Shown: piece by piece, positions 35,499 through 46,200 of the stretch
Numbering within the stretch: the stretch's first letter is position 1
Layout of the letters: each line of letters starts with the position of its first letter
IMG/VR virus record: IMGVR_UViG_3300045994_000055
Span: 1-64,000 of that record
Direction: 5' to 3' (one strand)
From: a virus
DNA length: 64,000 nt
Notes under the pieces: model-generated
Seen by the model: only the letters and a program-made list of their open reading frames with translations
Told to the model about the DNA's origin: nothing
Databases searched by the model: none
Program-made: the position numbers and the translations under genes

Positions 35499-36359
35499 TT
35501 ACGCTACGGTAACTGTACCCCAGCTATTAGCCAAATATGTTGTTTCTGGTGGAGTTACGTCAACGCGGTGATTGATAGTAACGTTCAAGCTATCGTTAAT
35601 ACCTTGCTGTGCGGCAGAAACAACAACCAATGATAATGTAACAACGTTACCGGAAACAGAAGCACCAAGACTAACTGTGTCGCTAGTGTAAGCTGCTGTA
35701 GTGCCAGTTACAACCACAAAGTTTTGGTTAGATGCTGTTAAGTTAGCGTAGCCAAAAGCTGTGTTATTAGTATTCAACGTACCGCCAGTACCAGTGCGGC
35801 CACCGTTTGTTGCACGACGGAAAGCTGTCACACTGCCGAAGTTAGTACCAACTAAAGTTACAATAGCGCCAGAACGAGCCGATGCATCACCGTTAGTAAC
35901 GCCAGAAACTACAAAGTTTAATTGTCCGCCGCATTGGAAGAACTTTGCGGCACTTGTACTAAATGTAACTGTTCTGTTAATCGTTGTTGTTAATGCGCCT
36001 GCTGTATTTGCACTCGACCATACAGGACTAAACGTTGCGCCAGTCACCAAAGTACCTTGAGTGGCAAATGCATTAACGTTTGTTACTGCTGTGGAAACGC
36101 CAGTATTAACTGACGCCAAATATGTTACCGTTGTACCTGCCGTAGGCAATGTAATTGCTGCTGTGCCGCTTTGGTGTGCAAGGCAGTTGTTCAATGAACC
36201 GATTAATGTTGACCATTGTGCCGCTGTGACGGTATTACCAGTTGCCAAATTGGTGGGAACTGCGGTTTGGCCGTATGCTGTACTCCAAGTACCGTTTAAT
36301 GTTGTTGCTAACGAGTTGTAATCTGTTGCAGCAATTACGCCGCCTGATGAGTATGCCAT
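35499..36359 (-). CDS. Virion structural protein, fibre/appendage-like
   Basis: 286 aa, very rich in T/G/A/S/N, MAY start, TAAATA (36385-36380) and AGGA upstream. Confidence 0.7.
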   Translation of the reverse strand: MAYSSGGVIAATDYNSLATTLNGTWSTAYGQTAVPTNLATGNTVTAAQWSTLIGSLNNCLAHQSGTAAITLPTAGTTVTYLASVNTGVSTAVTNVNAFATQGTLVTGATFSPVWSSANTAGALTTTINRTVTFSTSAAKFFQCGGQLNFVVSGVTNGDASARSGAIVTLVGTNFGSVTAFRRATNGGRTGTGGTLNTNNTAFGYANLTASNQNFVVVTGTTAAYTSDTVSLGASVSGNVVTLSLVVVSAAQQGINDSLNVTINHRVDVTPPETTYLANSWGTVTVA

Positions 36360-36374
36360 GGTTAATCCTGTATT

Positions 36375-37946
36375 TTAGTTATTTATTTTCACGATGGCTT
36401 CTATGAAAGAAATTCCATCCGTATATTTGTCCTGTAAGGCCCGTCCAATTACGTTCCAAGGGGTAATTTCATCTTTGGTTCCTGCCCTGGCAACACCGTT
36501 TCCGGCGCTAACTAAACGATCACCTTTTCGAATAATCCCGACTACTTTGACAGGGACTCTACCACTTAGTGCAACGGGAGGATGAGTGATGTCATCCCCG
36601 CTGTCTGCGTTCATTAAATAAGCTGCTTTCGTACTTATCACTCCGAACACTTTTTCACTGAGTTCAGCTTTAACAGAGGTGATTTCTGCACTTCCGCCTA
36701 GTTCAACTACTGTCCCTGCATCGTACTCTGCGTCTGACGCAAATCTTTCGGCCAAGTCAGCGTATTTTGCTTGCATACTTGTGCCATATATACTAGAGAA
36801 CCAATGTGTACTATCACCCAAATTCACCGCACCGTTAACTGCGGGAACTAATGATCCTGTGATAGAGTTAGATCCATCACGGGCCAATGCTGCATTGTCT
36901 ACATAAAATTTATTAGCAATGTCATTCGAATTTAATGGTGCCGACGATACCTCAGCATGTCCAGAAACTGCATTTGCAGTAAACACAGGCACAGTTACAC
37001 CAGTTTGGTTTACACAAATAGTAATGTTTTTACCGGTGACACCATGGCGTAATCTACCAGTACCAGTACCCGCTTCTACATCAAGAATAACTTCGCTGTT
37101 TGGTCCGATGCGCAATCCATCATTGCTGCTGATTGTCATTGGGACAGTGGACGGAACTGTAATGTCTGTTCTGGCAAAGTTATTGGCTGAAATTGCTACA
37201 CCGTTAACTATTAAATTTTCAGCAGTAGTGGCAATACCGTTATATTTGTATCCAAATGCACCATCAGTACTAAGGTTAAACCCTGGCTTGATTGTTGTAA
37301 ACCCTGGGACTGACGATGAAAATTGTGTCCCGCCATTGAGAATACCAACCAATGCATTGCTTACATAAAATTTAATTACGATGTGCTGGAGATTGTCCGT
37401 ACCAAGAATTGTGTCAGGGGTGGCACCAGTTTGACCGGTCGTAGTATTGTTTACTGGTCCGATTGTTAACCAGCCACCGTTACTTACTGCATTAGCGCCA
37501 GTGACAGCGCCAGTGAACAATTTTAGTTGTCTGTTTGCAGTATCCCACCACAAGTCACCGATAATAGGATCGTATGCCAAATACTTAGGAGTACCTACTG
37601 TAGGACCACCAGGCGAAGTTTCAGTTACTGGTTCGGACGAATAAATCGTCGACAGTGATTTCCAAATTGCTGGATTGCCGGCTGCTGTGGCCGCATTAAC
37701 TTTTAATACCTTGTTTGCAGTATCCCACCAAATTTGACCAGGTAGTGCTGCTGTGGGACTCTTAGTGTTTGCAAAATTTTCTAGTAGATAAACAAAGTTC
37801 TCGTTTAACAACTTACCATAGCCTGGGTAATTTTTACCAATCAATGAAAGGCTAGTAGATCCAGTGTTAACTGTACCGTCTTGTAGTCCTGCATCGCCCA
37901 TTCCTGGGATTGTACTTCCGTTTGCTAGTGATATTGAATAAGCCAT
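36375..37946 (-). CDS. Tail fibre protein with C-terminal YADLAE chaperone-like domain
   Basis: LIGKNYPGYG...NENFVYLLENFA, GQIWWDT repeats; AKYADLAERF...PPVALSGRVPVKV...IGRAL. Confidence 0.8.
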   Translation of the reverse strand: MAYSISLANGSTIPGMGDAGLQDGTVNTGSTSLSLIGKNYPGYGKLLNENFVYLLENFANTKSPTAALPGQIWWDTANKVLKVNAATAAGNPAIWKSLSTIYSSEPVTETSPGGPTVGTPKYLAYDPIIGDLWWDTANRQLKLFTGAVTGANAVSNGGWLTIGPVNNTTTGQTGATPDTILGTDNLQHIVIKFYVSNALVGILNGGTQFSSSVPGFTTIKPGFNLSTDGAFGYKYNGIATTAENLIVNGVAISANNFARTDITVPSTVPMTISSNDGLRIGPNSEVILDVEAGTGTGRLRHGVTGKNITICVNQTGVTVPVFTANAVSGHAEVSSAPLNSNDIANKFYVDNAALARDGSNSITGSLVPAVNGAVNLGDSTHWFSSIYGTSMQAKYADLAERFASDAEYDAGTVVELGGSAEITSVKAELSEKVFGVISTKAAYLMNADSGDDITHPPVALSGRVPVKVVGIIRKGDRLVSAGNGVARAGTKDEITPWNVIGRALQDKYTDGISFIEAIVKINN

Positions 37947-37950
37947 GCTG

Positions 37951-37956
37951 TATTTA
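37951..37956 (-). promoter_or_regulatory. TAAATA late-promoter motif
   Basis: TAAATA 4 nt upstream of the ATG at 37946. Confidence 0.6.
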
Positions 37957-37978
37957 TGCTAGAAATTATGTGCGTGTA

Positions 37979-38395
37979 TTACCACGTTTGACTCAGTGCA
38001 GTCCGAGTCCAAATGTTTGTTGTTCCGTTATAACTTCCAGTACACATATACAAGTACGCAGAGTCTACTGCCATCATACCTGCTTTGTCTCCAACTGCAC
38101 CTGTTGCACTAGTAGGAGCATTGTGCCACAATCCAAGTTTTACCCAATTGCCACCAGTAAACACATTGAGCGAGCCAACAGTGCTATCCCACCATTGCTG
38201 TCCACTTAGTGGATTGGCAGGAGAAGCAGGGCTAGAAAAATTTTCAGTGATACGGACAAAATTTTCATTTTGCAACGCACCGTAGTTTGTAACTTTTCTA
38301 CCAATTAAGGAAATACCTGCATGGGAACGGTCAACTGCTCCGTCTACTACTGTAGCCAGCAAGGTACCGTTTGTCTGTTTAACTAAGTAGGCCAT
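37979..38395 (-). CDS. Short fibre-family structural protein
   Basis: Shares the N-terminal module (LIGR...YG..QNENF...ENF, GQQWWDS) with 36375..37946. Confidence 0.75.
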   Translation of the reverse strand: MAYLVKQTNGTLLATVVDGAVDRSHAGISLIGRKVTNYGALQNENFVRITENFSSPASPANPLSGQQWWDSTVGSLNVFTGGNWVKLGLWHNAPTSATGAVGDKAGMMAVDSAYLYMCTGSYNGTTNIWTRTALSQTW

Positions 38396-38397
38396 AA

Positions 38398-39042
38398 TTA
38401 CCCAATATAAGATAAGTTGGTCAATGCTTGTATACGGATCGTGTAATCGATCTTAATTTTGCGGTTTAAGGACTTTTGCACAGGGTGGAAAACCACGTGT
38501 GTAAGCATTTTACCTGACGTACTAAAGAGACCTAGTTCATCAAATACGTATTGTTCGTTTAAGTTTTGGCTATTGTCAAAAGCCGCTTGGCCTTGTGGTT
38601 CACCGTAGTCTAGCAACATAGTTACTAGGATGTCAGTATACACTTTACCGGGGATGTGACGAATTTCCATCTTATTGTTAAGTGGATCTAAATTCTCTGC
38701 ACTTGTACCGTCAATAACTTTAGTGAATGTCTGATTGTACAATGCAGCATTCTGGTTATTAGTGTTGGTTGGCAAGTAGTTGATAACACCCGTAGGGTCA
38801 ACGGATGTTCCACCGTTGCCTAAGTTAATGGTCTTAATAAAGTTACCAGAAAGATCAGCCAAGCTATATGCGATAGCTTCAGACATGTTCTCGTAGTGGA
38901 TCGCGTTTGGTTTATCGTGAAATACTTCGTTCGTTTCCGGATCATAGATCTTGATGTGTCCGCGAATATTCAACCCGCCTTGTTCGTCGGGTTGTTTTTC
39001 TTCTTGAATAGGCATAGGTTGGACCTCCTTAGGCTCATCCAT
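38398..39042 (-). CDS. Virion structural protein (baseplate/fibre attachment-like)
   Basis: GHIKIYD...NAIH...GNGG...FDELGL...THVVFHPVQKS; located in the structural operon. Confidence 0.65.
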   Translation of the reverse strand: MDEPKEVQPMPIQEEKQPDEQGGLNIRGHIKIYDPETNEVFHDKPNAIHYENMSEAIAYSLADLSGNFIKTINLGNGGTSVDPTGVINYLPTNTNNQNAALYNQTFTKVIDGTSAENLDPLNNKMEIRHIPGKVYTDILVTMLLDYGEPQGQAAFDNSQNLNEQYVFDELGLFSTSGKMLTHVVFHPVQKSLNRKIKIDYTIRIQALTNLSYIG

Positions 39043-39043
39043 T

Positions 39044-40171
39044 TTATAGACGACCTACTACGATTTCAATTACGCCAACTGCGGCGCTACTGTAGTTTTC
39101 CAATGCCTTACCAATGATAGAGCCTAGCACAGGATTAGTTGCTACAGTAGCAACACCTGGGATATCGCTAGTTGTTAGCATATCACCACGGGAGATAGAG
39201 CCAACAACTTTACAAGGCACACGACCTTGCAACCCAACTGCCGCAACATAATCAGCAGTTAATCCTGCATTCATCAGATGAGCAGGTTGCGTGGACACAA
39301 CACCAGCCACTTTAGTATTGCTTGCACCAACTGCAATTGTTACTTCACTTGTAGTACCAAAGCACAAAACAGTGCCTGGCTCGTAGGTAGCATCAGCTAC
39401 ATACATTTCAGCCAAGTCAGCGTAACGTGCAGTTGTCGCTTGACCATAAATTGTAGCAAAGTAGTTGCTTGGTCCGCCTAAGTTCAACGTACCGTTGGAG
39501 GTAGGGAGGAACGTGCTAGACATTGTGTAATTTGTTGCGTTAACCGTGGTTGCAGACAATGTAGTAGGGCTTAACGTCGCTACACTTACTGTTCCAGCGT
39601 TCAATGTAGTAACTGTGGCTGTACCGTTGACTGTTAAACCAGTTAGCGAACCAACGGATGTAATATTTGTTTGGGCTGCGCCAGTTACGGTTGCTGCTGA
39701 CCCAGTAACACTACCAGCAATAGGGCTAGTTACTGTCAAATTAGTAAGAGTACCAATTGTTGTAATCGCTGGCTGGGACGGGGTAGCAATCGCACCGTAT
39801 AACGAAACGGCATGGACAGTAGCCGATGCATTAAAGTTTGGAGCATCAACATTACCGCTAAACGATGAAGCGCCAGTTACTGCTAAATTATTAACTGTCA
39901 AGTTACCAGTAATAGAACCAGTAGTTGCTGTAATACTTGTCGCAGCTAAGACACCGTTAATGGTACCTGCTCCATTAACCGTTAATGAACCAGCAGTCAG
40001 TGCACCTGCGATAGTTGCACTGTTTGCGCTCAATGCTGGCAAAGCTGCCAAATAGCTCTTTAGATTTGCACCGGTGATGCGCTGGGTAATACCAACCGTT
40101 TCTACCGGAATATTTGTATAGTCCAGAATTGTGTTGATTTCTGGTAAACCGCTGATTGTAATCGTTGCCAT
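39044..40171 (-). CDS. Tail fibre protein with C-terminal YADLAE chaperone-like domain
   Basis: ITISGLP N-terminus, AQTNITSVGSLTGLTV repeats, ARYADLAEMY...GRVPCKV...IIGKAL. Confidence 0.8.
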   Translation of the reverse strand: MATITISGLPEINTILDYTNIPVETVGITQRITGANLKSYLAALPALSANSATIAGALTAGSLTVNGAGTINGVLAATSITATTGSITGNLTVNNLAVTGASSFSGNVDAPNFNASATVHAVSLYGAIATPSQPAITTIGTLTNLTVTSPIAGSVTGSAATVTGAAQTNITSVGSLTGLTVNGTATVTTLNAGTVSVATLSPTTLSATTVNATNYTMSSTFLPTSNGTLNLGGPSNYFATIYGQATTARYADLAEMYVADATYEPGTVLCFGTTSEVTIAVGASNTKVAGVVSTQPAHLMNAGLTADYVAAVGLQGRVPCKVVGSISRGDMLTTSDIPGVATVATNPVLGSIIGKALENYSSAAVGVIEIVVGRL

Positions 40172-40194
40172 GTTAAAAACGCCTTAATATGTTA

Positions 40195-40208
40195 TATTTA
40201 TGTATTTA
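40195..40208 (-). promoter_or_regulatory. Tandem TAAATA late-promoter motifs
   Basis: TATTTA on + at 40195-40200 and 40203-40208, in the intergenic gap. Confidence 0.6.
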
Positions 40209-40216
40209 TTCACCAT

Positions 40217-43200
40217 TTAAATCTCACCGCGAATAAATCGCGACTGAATGGTCGTCGAAAGCATCATACCGCCCCCGTCTGTTATCGCTCCCACTGATGC
40301 AGGAACTGTTCCTAAGTAATCACCGCTTAATCCACCGCTATTCCACGAGAATCCCATTGCAGTTAGCACTGGATCTGTTTGAATAGTAACCCCATCCATA
40401 ATTTGTGTACCTAAATCCCACGTTGTTGGCGGAATACCTTGTGTTAAAACGTCCCACCCAACAGGTACAAACCCAGCTTCAGTGGTAAGTGTAAATGCCC
40501 CGAAGTCAGAAGCCAATACATTTTCCCAAATTCCCTCGACTGCTGCTGAAATAATGATCTCAGCACCAAGCGCAGGGGCAGCTGGTATAAATCCAGGAGT
40601 ATAAGGGTTAGAACCAATGCGTACAAACTTAATTTTTACTGGATGAGTTTGAATTACTTCAAAATTTGTAACTTTCTTGCCCGCAACTGTAACCTTTACC
40701 GTTTCTGGGTAAATGGTGTTGATGAAATGTGTCTCAAACACTGTAGTAACGTTATCACCGTGACGAATCTCAGGGCCGCCTTGGACAGTAACGTCTGGGA
40801 CATACGAAGTACCTGGAATAATTTGATCACCACCAGCATCAACTACAAATGACCCAGCGGCATGCAATGCAGCACCGCCAGTACCTTCAGCAGCTCTACG
40901 AATCTGTGTTAATGTGCTATTCGCTTCGTCCACACCATAGAAGGTAATCAACTCACCGTTAATGAACACACGACCTGGCGCATCTAAGTCTACACTTGGG
41001 TAAGATAGTATATAAATGTTGTCAACATGCACTACTGTATCAGTGATATGTAGGTCTTGTGTTAACGATGTTGTATACTTAGGAAGAATACGTGTGTACG
41101 ATACTTTTCCGTTCATATCGTAGAAATCTCTCCAACCAATTAGCTCGTATTGTGACTGTGACAAGATTGCAGTGGCATGAGCCGGCGCAATGTTAGTACC
41201 TGTGATAACAATCGCTGGATTAGAATTGATAGTTAACCCTGCGCCACTGCTGACAATAGTGAACGAAGTTATCGCTCCATTAGCAGCAAGCACTGGCACA
41301 AGGTTAGCGTTATTGATACCATTAACAGTTACATGAACTGGAATAATTCCAGTTACATCTACACCCTTGGACGCTTTGTCAACAATAGAGGCAGCATCGT
41401 CGTAACCATAGCCAACGTCCTGTACTGTAATACTGCTGATAGTGAACACATTCGTGTCAAAACCATTGGTGTTAGCTTGCAAGACTTGGATGTCTAGTGT
41501 TTCGTATACACGACCTGGCATCATTTCTTCAGGTGCATGAGAACTAAATGTATCGTAGTATTGGCCACCGTCTATTAGAATGTCCTCTGGGCGTTCGCCT
41601 AAGCCTAACGACTTCACGTCTCCATTACCATAAAACTTACGCACATCCTTGTATGCTGAAGCAATAGTAGAATCAATTTGGTTACCAGCTATAACAAGCG
41701 CAGACAAAGGCATCGCAGTAGCAAATTCAATCTTACTCACTTTGCTACTATCTAAGTATGGTTCAGTGTTATCTATAATCCACTTACCAGTAAGCCAATT
41801 GATACGGATATCACCGTCACCAGCAGTAGGCGACGATGGCATTACGATGTTGTTTGTTAATTGGAAGAATTGGCCAACTGTTGGGTCTGTTAAGTCAGTT
41901 GACGACAAGTTAGCAGTTTGGCTAGCTACATTACCCCATACATCCAACGTTATTGCACTAGCTTGCGCAATGTAATATTCAAAATTAACTGACGCATTTA
42001 CAATATACGACTCTGGGGGTCCCGAGATCACACCGCCAACTATGCCGTCAATCCACATCCCTGTAGGTTTTGTGTCTCCTATGTTATATCCTGGTGGAAG
42101 CACATCTCCAGTCTGGAATGTCTCTAGTGTCCAAGAGCCAGTCTTGAAGAAGAAGCCTGTGACGTCTGGCGTCACAGAGTGCTGTAGTATGTCACTGCTG
42201 ACAGCAAACGTGCCAATCACTGTATCTTCAGAATACTTGCTGCCAGTAATGGTGACACCAGGGTATTCAATACCATTAACTAGCTGTGTTAACGAATTAC
42301 CAGGCATTCCTTCACCAGGTGCATAGTAACCAGTAATTCTATCGTTGTTAGTAATTAGAACGTTGCCTTGATCAAGCTTAACAAACTTGCTGTAGTCAAA
42401 CAAATCATGCAATGCACTAACTGGAATAGAAAACTCAAGTACACTTTGTATACCTTGCGCATCTTGCGCCACAAAGGTGAATCCAGCAACTTGTGGTGGC
42501 GGAACAGGGCTAGGGTTGTGACTACTATCCAATGGGCGTGTGTCATTAGTAGGACCAGCATGCCATACATGTTTAATGGTCGCTGACTGCGCTGATTCTG
42601 TTGGTATAACTGGTAAGTAAATGTCACCACCATAAGCAACTAGCACACCACTTTCCAACCATACTGTTGGTTCCGCGGCATTTGAAGTATTAAACAATAC
42701 TTGCGCAGTTCCTCCAGTAATCGTGCCGGCCATCAATATTCCACTAAAGTCAACAATGCCAATATTGCTTTCAAAATGTCCGGCATCGCCAGCCCACAAA
42801 TATTGTTGACTGGAGGATGAATCTGACGATCCCAATGTCGCAAAATATTCTGTGTTAGGTTCCCACTGTACTACTTGCGTATCGTAAGTAATACGGTCAA
42901 ACTTAAGTTCTGTGGTTACACTGCGCACAGTGTTATAACTATGCCCAACATCAACCTTAAATTCATTGCGCAACAAAGGTACTAGAACTAGTCCTTCACC
43001 GTTGCCATTAACAGTCACAGTAGGTATGCTTGTATAACCGCTACCTGGATTAGTGATAGTAACTGTCAATACTTTGCCACCAACTGGTTGCGATGCTTTA
43101 GCTGTCGCGCCAGTACCACCGCCACCAGAAATAGTTATGATTGGGGCAGTTGTATAGTTGTCTCCAGACGCTGATACTGCAATTTCAACTACTTTGTATG

Positions 43201-46200
43201 TGTGGTGATTGTTCCAATCTGCATAGTTAACGTCTGTTGCCAAACGTTCTGCATCGTAATACTGCTCCCCAGACGGTGAGCGGTAGGTATTAGAGATCGT
43301 GTCGTAATACGATGGCAAGTCAAAGTCAGTTACGCCAGTGTGCAAGAAATCTGTGGTACTTTGCGTTGGCAAGTATTCACGGATGATAGTGCGGTATGGC
43401 TTAACTTCGTTGATGTAGTCTTCGTAGTAAGTCTGATTGTCCTTGATGTAGCTTGGGTATTGTGCTAACTCGCGGATGTTGTGAACAACGGACAAGAACG
43501 ATGTCTTAAAGATCCAATCAGGTGCAGACTGCTCTGTGTAAATGTAGTTAACCAAGCTAAAGAATAGTTTGTTGAACTCAATTTGCAAGTCAGCGATAAA
43601 GATGTCATCAGACACTGCACTGAAAACGTCGCGTGTTTCAAGTATAGGATTCTGGTCGAATCGAATCGTATCAAAGTTATCATTACCAAAGCCCATGTTA
43701 CCGGCTTCTAAGTCGTACAGTGTAGGCAAGATTTGAATCGTGCCTTCCTCTGATGCAACCTTGTCCAAGGTTAATGTAGCAGTAGCCCGGTAAATGGCAA
43801 ACTTACCATTGCCGTCGTCTAGCACCTTGACAACATCGCCATTAACCAACGTTAGTTTACTGATCAATGGGTATGCTGCGATTGTATATGATGGGATCGT
43901 TGTTTTACTATAAGATGCATCATACCAATCTGCATACTTAAAATACAAACTAGTCAAATAGCTTTGGATACGACTCAATGTCCACTCAGCTTTACTTGCT
44001 GACCACACGTATATGGTCCATAGCCCATCGTAATCAGTGTCGTTGTTTACTAATACTTTGTATCCATCAGTTAGGTTAGTCTTTAAGATGTATCCTAACT
44101 CGTTCTTAGTAACTAAAATCTTGTCATACTCGCCTGTACCAGCAGCTGGTTTTGCTTCACCGTTGAGCAACTTATTCAGATTCCGCAAGTTAGCAATAGG
44201 GTACTGTGCGAATACATTATTGATGTACTTGACAAAATTAGCCAATGCTGTTTGCCTGTCAACAAACATTGTTTGACGGGGGCGAATGTCAATACCGTAA
44301 CGAGCAGCTACACTGAGCGCCGGGGCAGGCACTGCATGTCCAGCAAAATTGATACCAGACAAGCTGTCTTGAAGCTTATCTATAATACGATGCGGAATTT
44401 CCGAATTCGTATTCTCTTTAACTAGCTCATACTCAGTGTGAATAATATTCGTATTTTGTATTGGCGTGTGGTCAATGTGTAATGCAATTGCCTGCCCAAC
44501 CAAATAATTATTAATATTGAACAAGCTAACTGCGGTTGGCGCAATAGCAGCGATGTACGGAATACCTTGGTCTCGTGGATTAGATAAAATCTGCTGTATC
44601 GTGTAACCGCTATTAGTGCGATTGGTTAAGTTAGTGTCAACTGTAGTCTTGTCGCCCACCCAATAGTAATACTTGCTCTTAATAACATTTGTAGACTTAT
44701 CTACGTACATGTGCGTAACAAAATAACTATCATCTAAGTATTTAGGTACACCGTTACCACCATTGGCTACATATTGAGACGGGATATACTCGCTCGCTGT
44801 CCATTCGTATACCTTAAATTTACTGCCAGGGAAGGTGTTGCCCCAATGTGTATTTTTGTAATCTAACGAACCTTGTTCGTAGTTAACAAAACGTACTTGG
44901 CTCAAGTCCCACCATGTTTTGCCTAGCTGCAAGTCACTCCAATGGAAATCTAAACTAAATCCATCAATGCCATTATTGTACGATGCGGGATCTTGTTCTG
45001 TTTTGAAGTCTAAGTCTTGGTCAGCAATGCCTAATATTTTTCCCTTAGCTGGATCATATATATCAAGACGGGCAAGAATGCTTTGCGTGTTCTTGTTATA
45101 TACAAACGCTTTAGAAATACTTGAGTAATCAACTTGTGGTGTTTCAGTTCTAACTAGCTGCCATCCTTTGTAGTTTACAGCATTAAAGAATTCAAATACT
45201 GATCCACCAGCAATGTCATACATTTTGTCACCAGCGGAACCAACAAAGATCGACTTACCCATTATTTCAACAGCCGCACCAAACATCATACCAGTACTCA
45301 TCGCACCAGGCTTCAATACTTGAGTGTATTCAAACACTGATGGGCTATCTACTGTAGCATGTGGATTGTTGATCAAGTCAAATACATACACTGCGCCACT
45401 ATCAACAGTTGCATGTGTGAATACTGTACTACCAGAGTCAAAGTCTGTAGTATTAGTGTCAAACACCATCCCAACAATAGTAGTTGCACCGCTGGACGAT
45501 ATTGCCAATGTGTTCTCGTCTTCAGAAATACTCATTGCAATGCCAAAGACCTCACTCACGTTGGATAACGGATGATTAATAATTTGTGATGCAGGATAAG
45601 TGCTTAGCCCCAATGCGTCAAATGCTAATCTAGAAATCCCAGGTAATACATTAAACGTGTTAACACCAATTGTAGCCGACGCTATTCTCAATTTACCTTC
45701 ATAATTACTTGCAGTAATACCAGGTATACCTGAACTATTGATAGAATCAATGACTGATGCCAGCGTAGTCCCACCTAGTAGGACATCTACGTTATTAATT
45801 CTAATTTCGCCCCCAGCAGTAATTACTGGATTAACTACAGTGCCTGTAATTACACCATACAATTTTGCCGGATTGGTAAACTTGTGAACACCACCGTCAT
45901 ATGCTGGCGCAGAAACGTACATGGACGACGCATCATCACACATTATCACATTGGACCCAAATTGTTGGCCAGGAATACCAGTCAGTTTAGTGATTAGCGT
46001 AAAGTGGTTATTTTCAATTGATACAATTGTTCCGGCTGCTGGAGCCACAAAGAATTGCACTACTTGCCCGTACTGTATGTATTCTGTGTTTAGTTTTTGT
46101 TCTGCCCCATCCAATAATACTTTAAAACTGCTATCAATTGAGCGCTTTGTAGTTACTGTATTCGATGTGCCAACCATTATAAAGTTTTCAACGCTTCGAT

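Noticed and set aside
35499-40171. Diversity-generating retroelement acting on fibre genes
   Set aside because: No reverse transcriptase and no TR/VR pair with adenine-specific mismatches seen; the similarity is only at protein level.
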